A DNA stretch of 64,000 nucleotides from Candidatus Cloacimonadales bacterium (lineage in GTDB: Bacteria; Cloacimonadota; Cloacimonadia; Cloacimonadales; JAFGVF01). The position numbers were made by a program, and so were the translations under genes. Positions 10,003-20,761 of this stretch are shown here, piece after piece. Under the pieces are notes generated by a model. The model was not told the DNA's origin. It ran no database searches and worked only from the letters and a program-made list of their open reading frames with translations. The stretch lies in the NCBI GenBank assembly GCA_963677495.2, contig CAXXOU010000004.1, positions 448,001-512,000 of the forward strand. The letters run 5' to 3'. The stretch's first letter is position 1. Each line of letters opens with the position of its first letter.

Positions 10003-11985
10003 TTGGGAAACCTTGAAGGTTTATTAATAGAGTATTTTGAGAGCGAAGGTCTTCAGTATGGCTACGTACTGAAACATAGTAATAATCAAGTTCATATTAT
10101 TAACTTAAAGGGTAGACAACAGAAGTTTACTGTTAACAGAATTGTTGTAACACATTCAAAGATACCTGAGACTCAGCTTAAAGATATATCAGAACAATTT
10201 GAAAGCTCTATATCAAAGCTCCAAGAGGAGATTGATGTGGAGCTTCTTTGGGAAATGGTCAAAGACAATACAGAGACCTTATCCCTTTTTGAACTCTCGG
10301 ATATCTATTTCGATAACCCTTCATCAAAGCAACAGTCAGCACTAATTAGAGCAATTAGAACAGAAGCTCTTTGCTTTAAGTTGAAAGGTTTGCTTTTCAC
10401 ACCTCGAACAAAGGAACAGATTGAAGAACTTAGACTTCAAAGAGAGATAGAAGCACAGAAATCTGAATATATTGCAAGTTTAAAACTCCTTTATTCGAAA
10501 GTAAATAGGAGTGATGAGTTTACCCCTAGTACAGAGGAAATTGAGGTACTGAAAAGTATTTACTCCTACCATTTTGACTCAATTGAATATAAGTACTCAG
10601 ATGAACTTAAGCTTTTGAATAAAACCAAGGCTGAGAACGAAATCATTGTTGAACTTCTTAAAGGAACAGGTTTCATTCCGAATGATACTGATAAGTTTGT
10701 TGCATTGGCAGGGCTGAAGTATGATTTCACTGATGAACAAGTTCAGGAAGCTGAGAACTTAGAACCATATTCTCATGACAGCTCCAGAATAGTAATTGAT
10801 CATGAGTATTGCTTCAGCATTGATGACCCCGGAACAACTGAGATTGATGATGCAATATCAGTAGATATTGATGGGAATTTAGTATCTCTTGGTATCCATA
10901 TTGCAGATGTACAATCATTTGTAAAGAAAGACTCAGTTTTAGATAGAGTTGCAAGAGAACGTTGCTCCTCTTTGTATATGGAAACTGGTTCGATCCCGAT
11001 GTTCCCGGAGAAGTTATCTTCGCTTCATACTAGTTTGATTGATAATGAACCACGACCGGTGATGACTTACCTAATTAAGTATGACCTTGAGAAGGAAGAG
11101 ATTGTTTCGAAAGATGTTTTACGTGGAGAAGTAGTAGTTAAGAGCAAGCTTTCCTATGATTATTCAGATGAATTGCTAGAGAAATGTGAAGACGGTTTAA
11201 GTAATGCACTTAGAAGTGTTGAATCTGTATGCAAGAGATTGAGGAGACAGCGTTTTGAAAATGGAGCGATAGAGATACTTAGACCTGAAATTCAACTTAG
11301 AGTTGAGGGAGATGAGATATTAATCAATAACATTAATCGCTGGTCTAGAAGTAGAAGACTAATTGGTGAGTTGATGATATTTATTAATAACCTGGCCGGA
11401 CAATTCTGTCGGGACAATAATATTCCTACTGTTTTTAGAGTGCAGGAGGAACCGGAGCAACCTGTACCTGAACTTGGAGATAATGTAAGCTATGATCCTG
11501 TTCTTACGGATAAACTTATAAGGTTTATAAGACCATCAAAGATGAGTACTACAGCATCGGGGCATAGTGGGTTGGGAATTGATGCCTATTCACAGCTTAG
11601 TTGTCCGATTAGAAGGTATGCTGATCTGGTAGTACAAAGGCAGGTTTCAGCTTTTGTTGCTGGTAGTGAGTTACCATATACTCTAGAAGAGATTTATGGA
11701 GTTATAGCAGATGTAGAAGATGTAACTCGACAGCATAGAACTATGTATCAGGACTCAGCTAATTACTGGTATCTAAGATATTTGCAGAAGCATTGTTTGG
11801 ATCATATATTTGATGCTACAGCAGTGTATCGTAACCGAAACAGAGTGACTTTTGAACTCGACTTGTTTGGTAAAAGAGCTACTGTTAATACTATGGATAC
11901 AGAGTATGCTTTGGGAGATAAAGCTCAACTTAGAATTGAGAAGATTGATCCTGAGAAAGGAATTCTCAAATTTAAGATTGACTAA
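10003..11985 (+). CDS. RNB-domain exoribonuclease (RNase II/R family)
   Basis: SIDDPGTTEIDDA, HIADV and PIRRYADL motifs; TTG start abutting the arcA stop. Confidence 0.88.
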   Translation: MGNLEGLLIEYFESEGLQYGYVLKHSNNQVHIINLKGRQQKFTVNRIVVTHSKIPETQLKDISEQFESSISKLQEEIDVELLWEMVKDNTETLSLFELSDIYFDNPSSKQQSALIRAIRTEALCFKLKGLLFTPRTKEQIEELRLQREIEAQKSEYIASLKLLYSKVNRSDEFTPSTEEIEVLKSIYSYHFDSIEYKYSDELKLLNKTKAENEIIVELLKGTGFIPNDTDKFVALAGLKYDFTDEQVQEAENLEPYSHDSSRIVIDHEYCFSIDDPGTTEIDDAISVDIDGNLVSLGIHIADVQSFVKKDSVLDRVARERCSSLYMETGSIPMFPEKLSSLHTSLIDNEPRPVMTYLIKYDLEKEEIVSKDVLRGEVVVKSKLSYDYSDELLEKCEDGLSNALRSVESVCKRLRRQRFENGAIEILRPEIQLRVEGDEILINNINRWSRSRRLIGELMIFINNLAGQFCRDNNIPTVFRVQEEPEQPVPELGDNVSYDPVLTDKLIRFIRPSKMSTTASGHSGLGIDAYSQLSCPIRRYADLVVQRQVSAFVAGSELPYTLEEIYGVIADVEDVTRQHRTMYQDSANYWYLRYLQKHCLDHIFDATAVYRNRNRVTFELDLFGKRATVNTMDTEYALGDKAQLRIEKIDPEKGILKFKID

Positions 11986-12073
11986 CTAATAGTACTTTGT
12001 TCGGTAGGTTAAACTGATTCCTCGGGAATCAATCCTTTTTGTAATTACAATAGAAAAATATATAGAGGAAGCC

Positions 12074-14053
12074 ATGAAAAGTAACGTTAATCCTCAGGAG
12101 AACTACAAAAGAACCCGTGACCTTTGTGGTTGGGTACCTCGTAGTGAAGCAACTCGTAAAACTTATGAAGATATAGGCTTCATGAGTGGTTTAGAAGTTC
12201 ATCAACAACTCAATTCTAAGAAGAAGCTATTCTGTCGATGCCCGGTTGGAATATATCAGGATGCCGAAGATTTCGATACAGAAATTGTCAGGCATATGCG
12301 CCCAACTCTTAGTGAACTTGGTGAGTACGATGGTACAGCTTTAATGGAGTTCAAGACAAAGAAAGAGATTGTCTACAGAATTAAGAATGTCACAACATGT
12401 ACTTATGAACTTGATGATACTCCACCCTTCCCTGTTAACAGAGAAGCATTAGCAATTGCAACAGAAATCTCTCTTCTTCTTAAACAGAATCTTGTTGGAG
12501 AATTTCATATAATAAGAAAGCAATACCTTGATGGTAGTATTCCAACCGGATTCCAGAGAACCGGTATTATCGGTATCGAAGGTGAGATTTATCCGAAAGG
12601 TCGACGTGTTGGCATTATTCAGCTTAGTATTGAGGAAGACTCATGCCGTGAAGTTTCTGATATTGGGCATAGAAGAATTTATAGAACAGACAGACTCGGT
12701 GTTCCACTAATTGAAGTAGTTACTTATCCTGATATGAAAGAACCCGATGAGGTGCGTGATGCAGCAGAATACATCAGATACCTAACCAGAAGTACCGGCA
12801 AAGTAAGAGTCGGTATTGGTGCCGGACGTGAAGATGTAAACGTTAGTGCTACGGGTGGTACAAGAATAGAGATAAAGGGTGTTGCCCATATTAGCTGGAT
12901 TCCGGAGCTTACACATAATGAAGCTTTCCGCCAAAGAAGTCTTGTGCTACTGAGTGAAGAGATTAAGAAACGCAAAATAGATTTTGAGAAATGGGATATT
13001 ACTTCATCGGTTCTTCCTGCTGAACATGTAGCCGGAATGGTTCCAGAAGAGTTTGATTTAGAAGGGAAGAAAGTAGTTTCTGTTAATCTTCCTGACTTTA
13101 AAGGTTTACTAAGCTGGTTCACACAACCTGGTCAGACTTTTGGTAGTGAGATTAGTCAGAGACTGAGAGTGGTTGCCTGTCTTAATCAACCAAACATGAC
13201 TCATTCAGAAGCTCTCAATCCAATATTTGATGAGCAAGGTTTTGCTCATATTGCAAATGCACTCAAAGCAGGAGAAAATGATGCACAAATAGTATTCTTT
13301 GCCCCTGATGAGGATATAGAGACCGCTCTTGAAACAATCAAAGAACGTTGTCAGATGGCATGTGATGGTGTGCCTAAAGAGACTAGAAAGTCATTTGAAG
13401 ATGGAACAACAATCTTTGAACGTGTGCTTCCGGGTGCAGATAGAATGTACCCTGATACTGATTCAGCTCCAATACCAATCGAAGAAAGTTTTATCGAAGG
13501 AATCAGAGCCCAGATGCCTAAGTTCTTACAAGAACAGATTGCTCTTTTACATGAATGGGAAGCTCCTGAAGATACTCATGATTATCTCCTAAGAAATAAC
13601 CTTATTAGTTGGGTAGAGCTTATTGCGAATAGGTATGAGATTGACCCAAGTAAAGTTGTAACTTTAATCGCTCATAGATTGAAAGAGCTTGAAAGAAAGC
13701 ATGATGGAATCATCAACTTAGAAAACATACTTGCCATGTTCGAGTTCCTTAAAGAACACAGAATGAATTATGAGTATGCTTATGAGATGCTTAAATATGT
13801 CTATCTGAATCCTCATGATGACATGCAGGATTGCGCTGTGAAAGCGGGACTTACAATCGTGCATCCTGATTCAATCGATGAACTTATTAAAGAGGAGATT
13901 GCTAAACTTAATGAGCAGCAAGCAGCTCTTGACGTTGCACCTAAAACTAAGTACATTATGGGTAGACTTAGATTCAGAGTGATTGGTAACCTTCCAATGG
14001 AAGCTGTTGCTGAATCTATCACAGCAATCCTTACAGGTAGAGAGGAGGAATAA
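12074..14053 (+). CDS. gatE: Glu-tRNA(Gln) amidotransferase subunit E (archaeal type)
   Basis: GLEVHQQL..KKLFCRCP, DGS.PTGFQRT, DRLG.PLIE and PGADRMYPDTD; has the insertion domain that is absent from GatB. Confidence 0.93.
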   Translation: MKSNVNPQENYKRTRDLCGWVPRSEATRKTYEDIGFMSGLEVHQQLNSKKKLFCRCPVGIYQDAEDFDTEIVRHMRPTLSELGEYDGTALMEFKTKKEIVYRIKNVTTCTYELDDTPPFPVNREALAIATEISLLLKQNLVGEFHIIRKQYLDGSIPTGFQRTGIIGIEGEIYPKGRRVGIIQLSIEEDSCREVSDIGHRRIYRTDRLGVPLIEVVTYPDMKEPDEVRDAAEYIRYLTRSTGKVRVGIGAGREDVNVSATGGTRIEIKGVAHISWIPELTHNEAFRQRSLVLLSEEIKKRKIDFEKWDITSSVLPAEHVAGMVPEEFDLEGKKVVSVNLPDFKGLLSWFTQPGQTFGSEISQRLRVVACLNQPNMTHSEALNPIFDEQGFAHIANALKAGENDAQIVFFAPDEDIETALETIKERCQMACDGVPKETRKSFEDGTTIFERVLPGADRMYPDTDSAPIPIEESFIEGIRAQMPKFLQEQIALLHEWEAPEDTHDYLLRNNLISWVELIANRYEIDPSKVVTLIAHRLKELERKHDGIINLENILAMFEFLKEHRMNYEYAYEMLKYVYLNPHDDMQDCAVKAGLTIVHPDSIDELIKEEIAKLNEQQAALDVAPKTKYIMGRLRFRVIGNLPMEAVAESITAILTGREEE

Positions 14054-15435
14054 TGAGCGATAATACACAAGGATATAAAGGCCCTAGTAAAGCTATTCTT
14101 GAGAAGTTCAATGTTCGAGTTTGGGGGGATACTGAGATTCTCACCACTCGTGGTACTTTTAAAGGTATCATTCTTCCAAGAGCCGAGAACGATGATGACC
14201 AGCACATTGTACTTAAACTTATTACAGGTTACAATGTTGGTATCGACATAAAGACTATTACTGATATGAAAGAGATTGGTTATAAGAAAGCCAATTATAA
14301 GATCCCTGAAAAAGAGTTCCCATATACAGAAGGTATGCCAAACCTAAAGCTCTTTGGTACCGGGGGTACAATTGCATCACGTCTTGATTATAGAACCGGT
14401 GCTGTAATTCCGGCTTTCTCACCAGGTGAACTGTATGGTGCTGTACCTGAGCTTGCGGACGTATGTAATCTGAAGACTGAGAAGCTATTTGCAGTGTTCA
14501 GTGAGAACATGGGACCTCGGCAATACAAAGAACTAGCCATTGCTATTGGTAAAGAGATTGAGAATGGCATAGATGGTATCATGATCGGTCATGGTACCGA
14601 TACTCTTCACCACACAGCTGCTGCTTTAACTTTTATGGTACAGAACTCACCTGTACCTATCGTACTTGTTGGTTCTCAACGCTCTTCCGATAGACCTTCA
14701 TCTGATGCTGCTTTAAATCTTATTCATGCTGCAAAAGCTGCAGGTGAATCTGATATAGCTGAAGTAATGATCTGTATGTTTGGTCCTACCTCTGATGAGT
14801 ATGGTTTATTGCATAGAGGAACAAGAGTTCGTAAGATGCACTCATCTTTTAGATCAACATTCAGAACCATCGGTGACGTACCTCTAGCTACAATTAATAG
14901 AGATGAGATTAATACAATTAAGCAGAATTATAACAAGCGTAGAAGTGATAACAATGTTACTATCAAACCTTTCTTCGAAGAGAAAGTGGGAATGGTCTAT
15001 TATTACCCTAATATGCAACCGGATATGATCGATTCAATGGTTGATAATGGGTACAAAGGTATTGTTATTGCAGGCACCGGACTTGGTCATGTTAACAAAC
15101 CACTTTACCCTGCAATTGAACGTGCAGTGAAGAAAGGTGTTCATATCTTCATGACTGTTCAAACTCTTTGGGGATATGTTCATATGTTTGTTTATGACAC
15201 AGGTCGTGATCTTATGGCAAAAGGCATTATTCCTGCTGAGAATATGCTACCTGAAGTTGCATACATCAAACTCGGCTGGGCTATTGGTCAGACTGATGAT
15301 CCGGAAGAGGTTAGAAAGCTTATGCTTACACCTGTTAATGGTGAAATCACAGAAGGTGAACCATATAATAGTTACCTTATCTTCCAGGGTGGTACTCCTG
15401 AAGTCGAGAAGTTCATCAAGAATATTCATTTATAG
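14053..15435 (+). CDS. gatD: Glu-tRNA(Gln) amidotransferase subunit D (asparaginase fold)
   Basis: N-terminal KL..GYNVG domain; TGGTIASRLDYRTGAV, HGTDT, GSQRSSDRPSSD and RKMHS. Confidence 0.94.
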   Translation: MSDNTQGYKGPSKAILEKFNVRVWGDTEILTTRGTFKGIILPRAENDDDQHIVLKLITGYNVGIDIKTITDMKEIGYKKANYKIPEKEFPYTEGMPNLKLFGTGGTIASRLDYRTGAVIPAFSPGELYGAVPELADVCNLKTEKLFAVFSENMGPRQYKELAIAIGKEIENGIDGIMIGHGTDTLHHTAAALTFMVQNSPVPIVLVGSQRSSDRPSSDAALNLIHAAKAAGESDIAEVMICMFGPTSDEYGLLHRGTRVRKMHSSFRSTFRTIGDVPLATINRDEINTIKQNYNKRRSDNNVTIKPFFEEKVGMVYYYPNMQPDMIDSMVDNGYKGIVIAGTGLGHVNKPLYPAIERAVKKGVHIFMTVQTLWGYVHMFVYDTGRDLMAKGIIPAENMLPEVAYIKLGWAIGQTDDPEEVRKLMLTPVNGEITEGEPYNSYLIFQGGTPEVEKFIKNIHL

Positions 15436-15456
15436 CTTATAACTTAATTGATAAAT

Positions 15457-15488
15457 GCCCTAAAGTTGCATACTTTAGGGCTTATTTT
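15457..15488 (+). terminator. Rho-independent terminator after gatD
   Basis: GCCCTAAAGT-tgcat-ACTTTAGGGC followed by TTATTTT. Confidence 0.8.
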
Positions 15489-15565
15489 ATACTCAGGGTC
15501 TTCTATGAAATGCTGAAAACTTGGTTTTCATAGCTTTCATAATTAGATTGAAAGAAAGCTTGCTT

Positions 15566-15817
15566 GTTGGAATCATAGCGATTACTCATTACAACTGTCG
15601 TAATGATTCTAACAACAGAATCACCTACACAGTGGCTTTTGCAATAACTTAGCTATATTTACTGCCCTTTTATCCCTCTTTAACTGCTCTATCCATCAAC
15701 GCACTGTGTTTGCACTGTGCACGCACTGTGATCCCACTGTCAACCCACTGTTTCACTGGGTGCACAGTGCGTGCACAGTGGAAAAACAGTGGGATGACTG
15801 CGTTTTGGTGGATAGTT
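15566..15817. repeat. 11-bp-period hairpin, family B copy 1 (unit ~GCACTGTG), with upstream accessory hairpin
   Basis: Five CACTG units then three inverted ACAGTG units, closed by CTATCCATCAA/TTGGTGGATAG; homologous to 32896-33075. Confidence 0.9.
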
Positions 15818-15850
15818 TAATGAAAGTTTGCGATAACGAAAATATGATTG

Positions 15851-16513
15851 CTAAGGAACAACAATTTTGAAGCTACAGCAGTCATCGCCTTTAGCAACAG
15901 ATTTGAGAATCGAGATGTGAACATCTTTACCTGTGATATACTCCCAGATAGCTTTGTAGAACCCGGCACCACAATAGCAATAGACAGTATCTTTACTCTC
16001 ATCGGTTAACAAAGTTTCACGGTATAGAGGACAATGACAGTATATTGATGCACGTTTTTTGGGGTCCGTTTCATGGAAGTACTCTTGGATATGTCCGCTC
16101 TTCGGTATCTTAGTTGCTATTACTGTTCTACCAATCAAGTTACCAGCTGATCCCCATTTTTGCTCAATTATAGTATGCTTGATATTATCAGAGATTTGTA
16201 GTTTGTCCAATAAGGCAATAAACTGTTGTTGGAGCATAGAATGTGCTTCCTCTAAACTCTTGTGTTTCAGGTAAACATCCCGAATTGAATCCAGCTTCTC
16301 TGGAGGATATTGACATGAGACACAAAACAGCAATTCTATAATTCCTTCTTCTGTAAAAGATGCTCGTAAAAGCTCTAAGAATCGCTTTACTTCGAAACTA
16401 CTCTCCTTGCCTGAGATGTAAACATAATCAAGTGTCTGTACTAATCCTCTTTGCTCTAAAAGAGGTATGATTTTAGAGGCCCAGTAATCGAAGAAACCTT
16501 TATCAAAACTCAT
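15851..16513 (-). CDS. Cys-rich hypothetical protein (DUF6144-like)
   Basis: YCHCP, YCYCGAGFY..IWE and KSV.KGDDCC.F; ATG at 16513 has an AGGAG SD. Confidence 0.75.
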   Translation of the reverse strand: MSFDKGFFDYWASKIIPLLEQRGLVQTLDYVYISGKESSFEVKRFLELLRASFTEEGIIELLFCVSCQYPPEKLDSIRDVYLKHKSLEEAHSMLQQQFIALLDKLQISDNIKHTIIEQKWGSAGNLIGRTVIATKIPKSGHIQEYFHETDPKKRASIYCHCPLYRETLLTDESKDTVYCYCGAGFYKAIWEYITGKDVHISILKSVAKGDDCCSFKIVVP

Positions 16514-16663
16514 ATCTACTCCTAATGCTAAGTTGAATAGTAAATCTGTGACTGTCAAAAAGATATTTCTTTATTTTGAAAATCAGATTAATCTATCTAG
16601 TCTCATAAAGCAAAAGATAGTCTTGTGTAACATTTTATACTTGACTGTTAAAGGAAATTAAAA

Positions 16664-17851
16664 TTGAAAACATATATGGATTATACTACAACATTCCCGG
16701 ATTATGAAGAAAATGGAATACTGAACTTGATTGCAGCTTTTAGGGAAGCCGGTGGAGATAAGGATTGTGCTTATAAAGCTCTTGATTTAAACTTACCTAA
16801 AGCATTAAACGAATATGATAATTGTATATTTCTTGTATTAGATGGGTTAGGCTATAATTACTTGCAGAGAAAAGGTGAAGGTACGTTTATTAAAGAGCAT
16901 TTGGAAGGTAAACTATCAACTGTTTTCCCTTCAACAACAGCTTCTGCGATTACCTCTTTCCTGACTGGTGTTTCTCCTAGTGAGCATTGCCTTACAGGCT
17001 GGTTCACATATGTAAAAGAGTTAGCTACTGCTACAACAATTCTCACCTTCTCTCCCAGGTATTCAAACATGACGTTTGATCGATTGGGTGTGGAAAGTGA
17101 CAAGATATATCATTTTGATGGTGTTGCAGATAAGATGGATTATAGATTCTATCATATATCTTCAAATCATATTCTTAATACACCCTTTGCTTTATCGCAT
17201 TCAGGGAATGCAACTAGAATGGGATATGACGATGTTTTGGAAATACCGAACATTGTTAATGATGTTCTGAGCCAAAAAGTTGGTGAAAAGAAGTTCCTAT
17301 TCCTGTATATTTCAACTTTTGATAAAATCTCACATCAGTATGGGATTGATAGTGATGAATCCTATGCTCATATGCTCAAATTGGATGGCTTGGTTGGTGA
17401 TATTAGCAGAATCGTTATGAAGTCTAATTCAGTATTTATTGCATCTGCTGATCATGGCTTTGTGAATGTTACTTCTGACAAGATTATTCGAATGGAGGAA
17501 CATCCCCGATTACAAGAATGCTTGACTATGCCTTTAATGGGAGAACCACGAACTCCATTCTGTTACGTTCGACCTTCTAAGGTTGATAAGTTCCTCAAGT
17601 ACATAGAAGAAAACTTAAACTATTGTTGTGAAGTGAAACCTTCAGAACAAGTGATTGAAGAAGGTTGGTTTGGACCTGATAAGGAGAATTCGGGACTCTT
17701 CGAACGAGTAGGAGATTATATTCTCTTCATGAAAGACAACTACGTATTTCAAGATAACTTACCGGTGGAAGATAAGTTTGAGTTTAAAGGATACCATGGA
17801 GGAAAAACAGCAGAAGAAATGTATGTTCCGATACTTATCTTTAACAAATAG
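16664..17851 (+). CDS. Alkaline phosphatase superfamily nucleotide pyrophosphatase/phosphodiesterase
   Basis: LDGLG, TVFPSTT, D..SH.YG, ADHG and GYHGG...EEM.VP. Confidence 0.88.
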   Translation: MKTYMDYTTTFPDYEENGILNLIAAFREAGGDKDCAYKALDLNLPKALNEYDNCIFLVLDGLGYNYLQRKGEGTFIKEHLEGKLSTVFPSTTASAITSFLTGVSPSEHCLTGWFTYVKELATATTILTFSPRYSNMTFDRLGVESDKIYHFDGVADKMDYRFYHISSNHILNTPFALSHSGNATRMGYDDVLEIPNIVNDVLSQKVGEKKFLFLYISTFDKISHQYGIDSDESYAHMLKLDGLVGDISRIVMKSNSVFIASADHGFVNVTSDKIIRMEEHPRLQECLTMPLMGEPRTPFCYVRPSKVDKFLKYIEENLNYCCEVKPSEQVIEEGWFGPDKENSGLFERVGDYILFMKDNYVFQDNLPVEDKFEFKGYHGGKTAEEMYVPILIFNK

Positions 17852-17980
17852 TAATATTTGATAGTCAACTTAAATCCTAAATAATCGTAATGAAATAAAA
17901 CCTTGCCAAAAAAGGAAATGCTTTCTATTCTTGAAAAGAAATGATTATATTTATATAAATTCGACTATTTAGGAGTATAG

Positions 17981-18280
17981 ATGAAAGAGCAAAAAAAGCA
18001 ATTAAACGTGAAAATTGATGAGAATGTTGGTGAGGGTATCTATTCAAATTTCTTTGTAATTACAAACTCCCCGGCTGAATATATCCTTGATTTCGGTAAA
18101 CTTATGCCTGGATTACCTTCAGCTAAGATAGTCAGCAGAATACTGACAACTCCACAGCATGCGAAGCAAATGATGCTAAATCTTCAGAAGAATATTGAGA
18201 TGTATGAAAAACAACATGGAGAGATTAAAGTTACAGGTCAACAAGAACATAACAATAAAATTGGCTTTCAAAAAGAATAA
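17981..18280 (+). CDS. DUF3467-family protein
   Basis: G.YSNF..I..S..E.ILDF and RI..TPQHAK; AGGAG SD. Confidence 0.8.
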   Translation: MKEQKKQLNVKIDENVGEGIYSNFFVITNSPAEYILDFGKLMPGLPSAKIVSRILTTPQHAKQMMLNLQKNIEMYEKQHGEIKVTGQQEHNNKIGFQKE

Positions 18281-18315
18281 ATTTATTAACTAACCTAACT
18301 TACATTGGAGGTAGA

Positions 18316-20130
18316 ATGAAGCAATGGATTAAGTTATGGCTATTACTTTTAGTTTCCGCACTAATCTTGGTTGGTTGTTTAAATGACGGTGATGATGATG
18401 TCCCTCATTTTAACGAGATTTCAGAGTTAGAGGTTCCTGAGAATTTTGATTGGAACAATATTCAAGAAGTTAATGTTGATGTGACTGTGATTGGTTTACC
18501 GGAAGCAAGAGCAAATTCAAGAGTTGAACTGCTTGATGAGTCAGGTCAGATTCTTACAGCCGGTATTCTTCAAGACAACACTGTAATGTTAAAAGCTAGA
18601 TATAGTGACCTTGGTGGTAACCTTCAAGTGTATTTACCGGCATTCAACTTAGTTAAACGTCTTAAAGGTGGATTAGTCGATTATAAAGTTACTCTTCAAA
18701 TATCGAATGTTGAAAGTAAGGATTGTGTAAACTTGTTTGGCAATCCCGGATTCGAAGATAATCAGGAATACGATGATGGTGGAGACGATGACGATGACGA
18801 TGGTGAATGGGAAGAAAGTTCTGACCTAACTGGTGTTTTGTATCCTGCTCCGCAGAATTATCACCCACCTATTGATGGTAACTGGTATTACTATCAGCAA
18901 AACAATAATCATAATATAAGACTTGTTGAGCAAAACAATAATACTTATGTTTCATTAGCAAAACATAGTTTCCTTTATCAGGCAGTAGCTGTAAACGGAG
19001 GTGGTGAAGCCAGCTTCCAGTTTGATATTAGTAATTATAATTGGAACTATTTTAGCTTACAGATACATCTTACAAGCTATGCTGCTGATGGTTCAATGAC
19101 CGGTGATGAATACATATACTATAATTCATATTGGGATGGTATTTATGGTGATTGGCAGAATCTAAGCCATGATTTTGTTGTTCCTGATAACACCGTAGAA
19201 ATTGCTTTCACACTGTATGTTAACTCAAACACAGTTAGATTTTGGGTAGATAACTTTGGATTATGTTTGGAAAACCAGTTAGTTGACACTGATAATGATG
19301 GTGTAAGCGATGAAGAAGATGATTATCCTGATGACCCGACTAAATCAGTAAAAGTGAAGTACCCGACACAAGGTCAGCTTATTGTAGCTTTTGAAGACTT
19401 ATGGCCTGATATGGGTGACTATGACTTTAATGACTTGGTATTAGGTGTAAACCAAGAGTTTGGCTTAAACGCGAATAATGAATATACTTACATTAAAACT
19501 GATCTGGAAGTTCGAGGTAATGGTGCAACTATCAATAATGTTTTAGCAATGCAACTAGATTGGTTAGAGTCAATCGGTGGAACTAACACCTATACTCACG
19601 TTGGAGATAACAATATGCAGCTTGTCCCTTCAAATGGCGATATGTTCATTGATGGAAACAAAGTTGTCATTATTAATGGTGTACTTGATGGCTTAAGCCC
19701 ATACTATCAAAACAACGGTATCGGAGTTTCAGCAAGCTATCAGAACTTTAGCTTTGAAGTGACAATGGACCCAATTAGTAGTACAACTGCGTCACTTTCA
19801 CCAGATTTCTTTATCTACGATTACTTCAATCCTCAGAAAGAGATTCACTTACCTGGTAGACCTGCTACAGCAAATGCAGACATGAATCTTTTTGGAACAG
19901 GTGATGATGCATCTATTCCAACCAGTGACATCTGGTATGTGACTGATACTAATCTCCCTTGGGGATTTGAGATTATAGATCATACAGGCAACTATATGCA
20001 TCCGCTTGAGAATATCTCGATTTTGAATGCATATCGCTACTTCGGTAACTGGGCTAATTCCGGTGGACTCTCTCATATGGATTGGTTCTTGGATGCTGAT
20101 AATGATTCTGTATATCATACATCTTACTAA
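18316..20130 (+). CDS. LruC-domain (DUF4842) lipoprotein
   Basis: Lipobox LVGC; DTDNDGV.D..DDYP.DP, AFEDLWP..GDYDFNDLV, EIHLPG and NLPWG. Confidence 0.88.
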   Translation: MKQWIKLWLLLLVSALILVGCLNDGDDDVPHFNEISELEVPENFDWNNIQEVNVDVTVIGLPEARANSRVELLDESGQILTAGILQDNTVMLKARYSDLGGNLQVYLPAFNLVKRLKGGLVDYKVTLQISNVESKDCVNLFGNPGFEDNQEYDDGGDDDDDDGEWEESSDLTGVLYPAPQNYHPPIDGNWYYYQQNNNHNIRLVEQNNNTYVSLAKHSFLYQAVAVNGGGEASFQFDISNYNWNYFSLQIHLTSYAADGSMTGDEYIYYNSYWDGIYGDWQNLSHDFVVPDNTVEIAFTLYVNSNTVRFWVDNFGLCLENQLVDTDNDGVSDEEDDYPDDPTKSVKVKYPTQGQLIVAFEDLWPDMGDYDFNDLVLGVNQEFGLNANNEYTYIKTDLEVRGNGATINNVLAMQLDWLESIGGTNTYTHVGDNNMQLVPSNGDMFIDGNKVVIINGVLDGLSPYYQNNGIGVSASYQNFSFEVTMDPISSTTASLSPDFFIYDYFNPQKEIHLPGRPATANADMNLFGTGDDASIPTSDIWYVTDTNLPWGFEIIDHTGNYMHPLENISILNAYRYFGNWANSGGLSHMDWFLDADNDSVYHTSY

Positions 20131-20145
20131 TAACTAAATAAAATT

Positions 20146-20171
20146 AAAAGAGCACCTTCGGGTGCTCTTTT
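20146..20171 (+). terminator. Rho-independent terminator
   Basis: AAAAGAGCACC-ttcg-GGTGCTCTTTT. Confidence 0.85.
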
Positions 20172-20233
20172 ACATGCAACCCAATCACGCTGATCGGTCT
20201 TGGACTAAAATCAAAAAACTCTTGGGAACTAAT

Positions 20234-20756
20234 ATGTATAGGAAACTGATAATACTTTTAATTTCTTTTTCAATCATTGCATGCAGTAAGCATAAGAAAA
20301 TCTTGAAGCCGGTGAATATGTCTAATCGTAGAACTCCGATGTTCTGGTACGATAACGTGGATGGAGAGTTGAGAGCTAATGGATATGCATGCAAAAGGTC
20401 TATTAGAAGCGCAAAGACTTTTGCAAAAAATGAGAGTATGATTAATTTAGCTAATATGATTAAGCAAGAAGCTATGAGCTTTATAAATGAGAATTTTAGT
20501 GACACTGACGCACAAGCTCTATCAACAATGTTTAATCAGAACGAGACGATTAAACTGTCCGGATACAAAGAAGCAGGGTGTGAAGTTAGAGAGGAAAAAG
20601 AAAGGTAAGAATACCTTCTTTGAATGTTACTATCAAGCTTCAGTTAAAGATGAGCAAGTTCTAAACATACTTTTAAATCAACTTAACTCATTACCTCAAA
20701 CTGAAGAAAGAGACTTGCTTCTGGAAGCTATTAACAAAAAACAAAATGGGGAGTAA
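20234..20756 (+). CDS. Lipoprotein (LPP20-like), frameshifted near 20600
   Basis: MYRKLIILLISFSIIAC lipobox; continues in another frame (KGKNTFFECYYQA...) after an A-rich run. Confidence 0.65.
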
Positions 20757-20761
20757 TACGC

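Noticed and set aside
18770..18805. GAT/GAC trinucleotide run
   Set aside because: It encodes an Asp/Gly linker within the LruC-type protein; ordinary low complexity.
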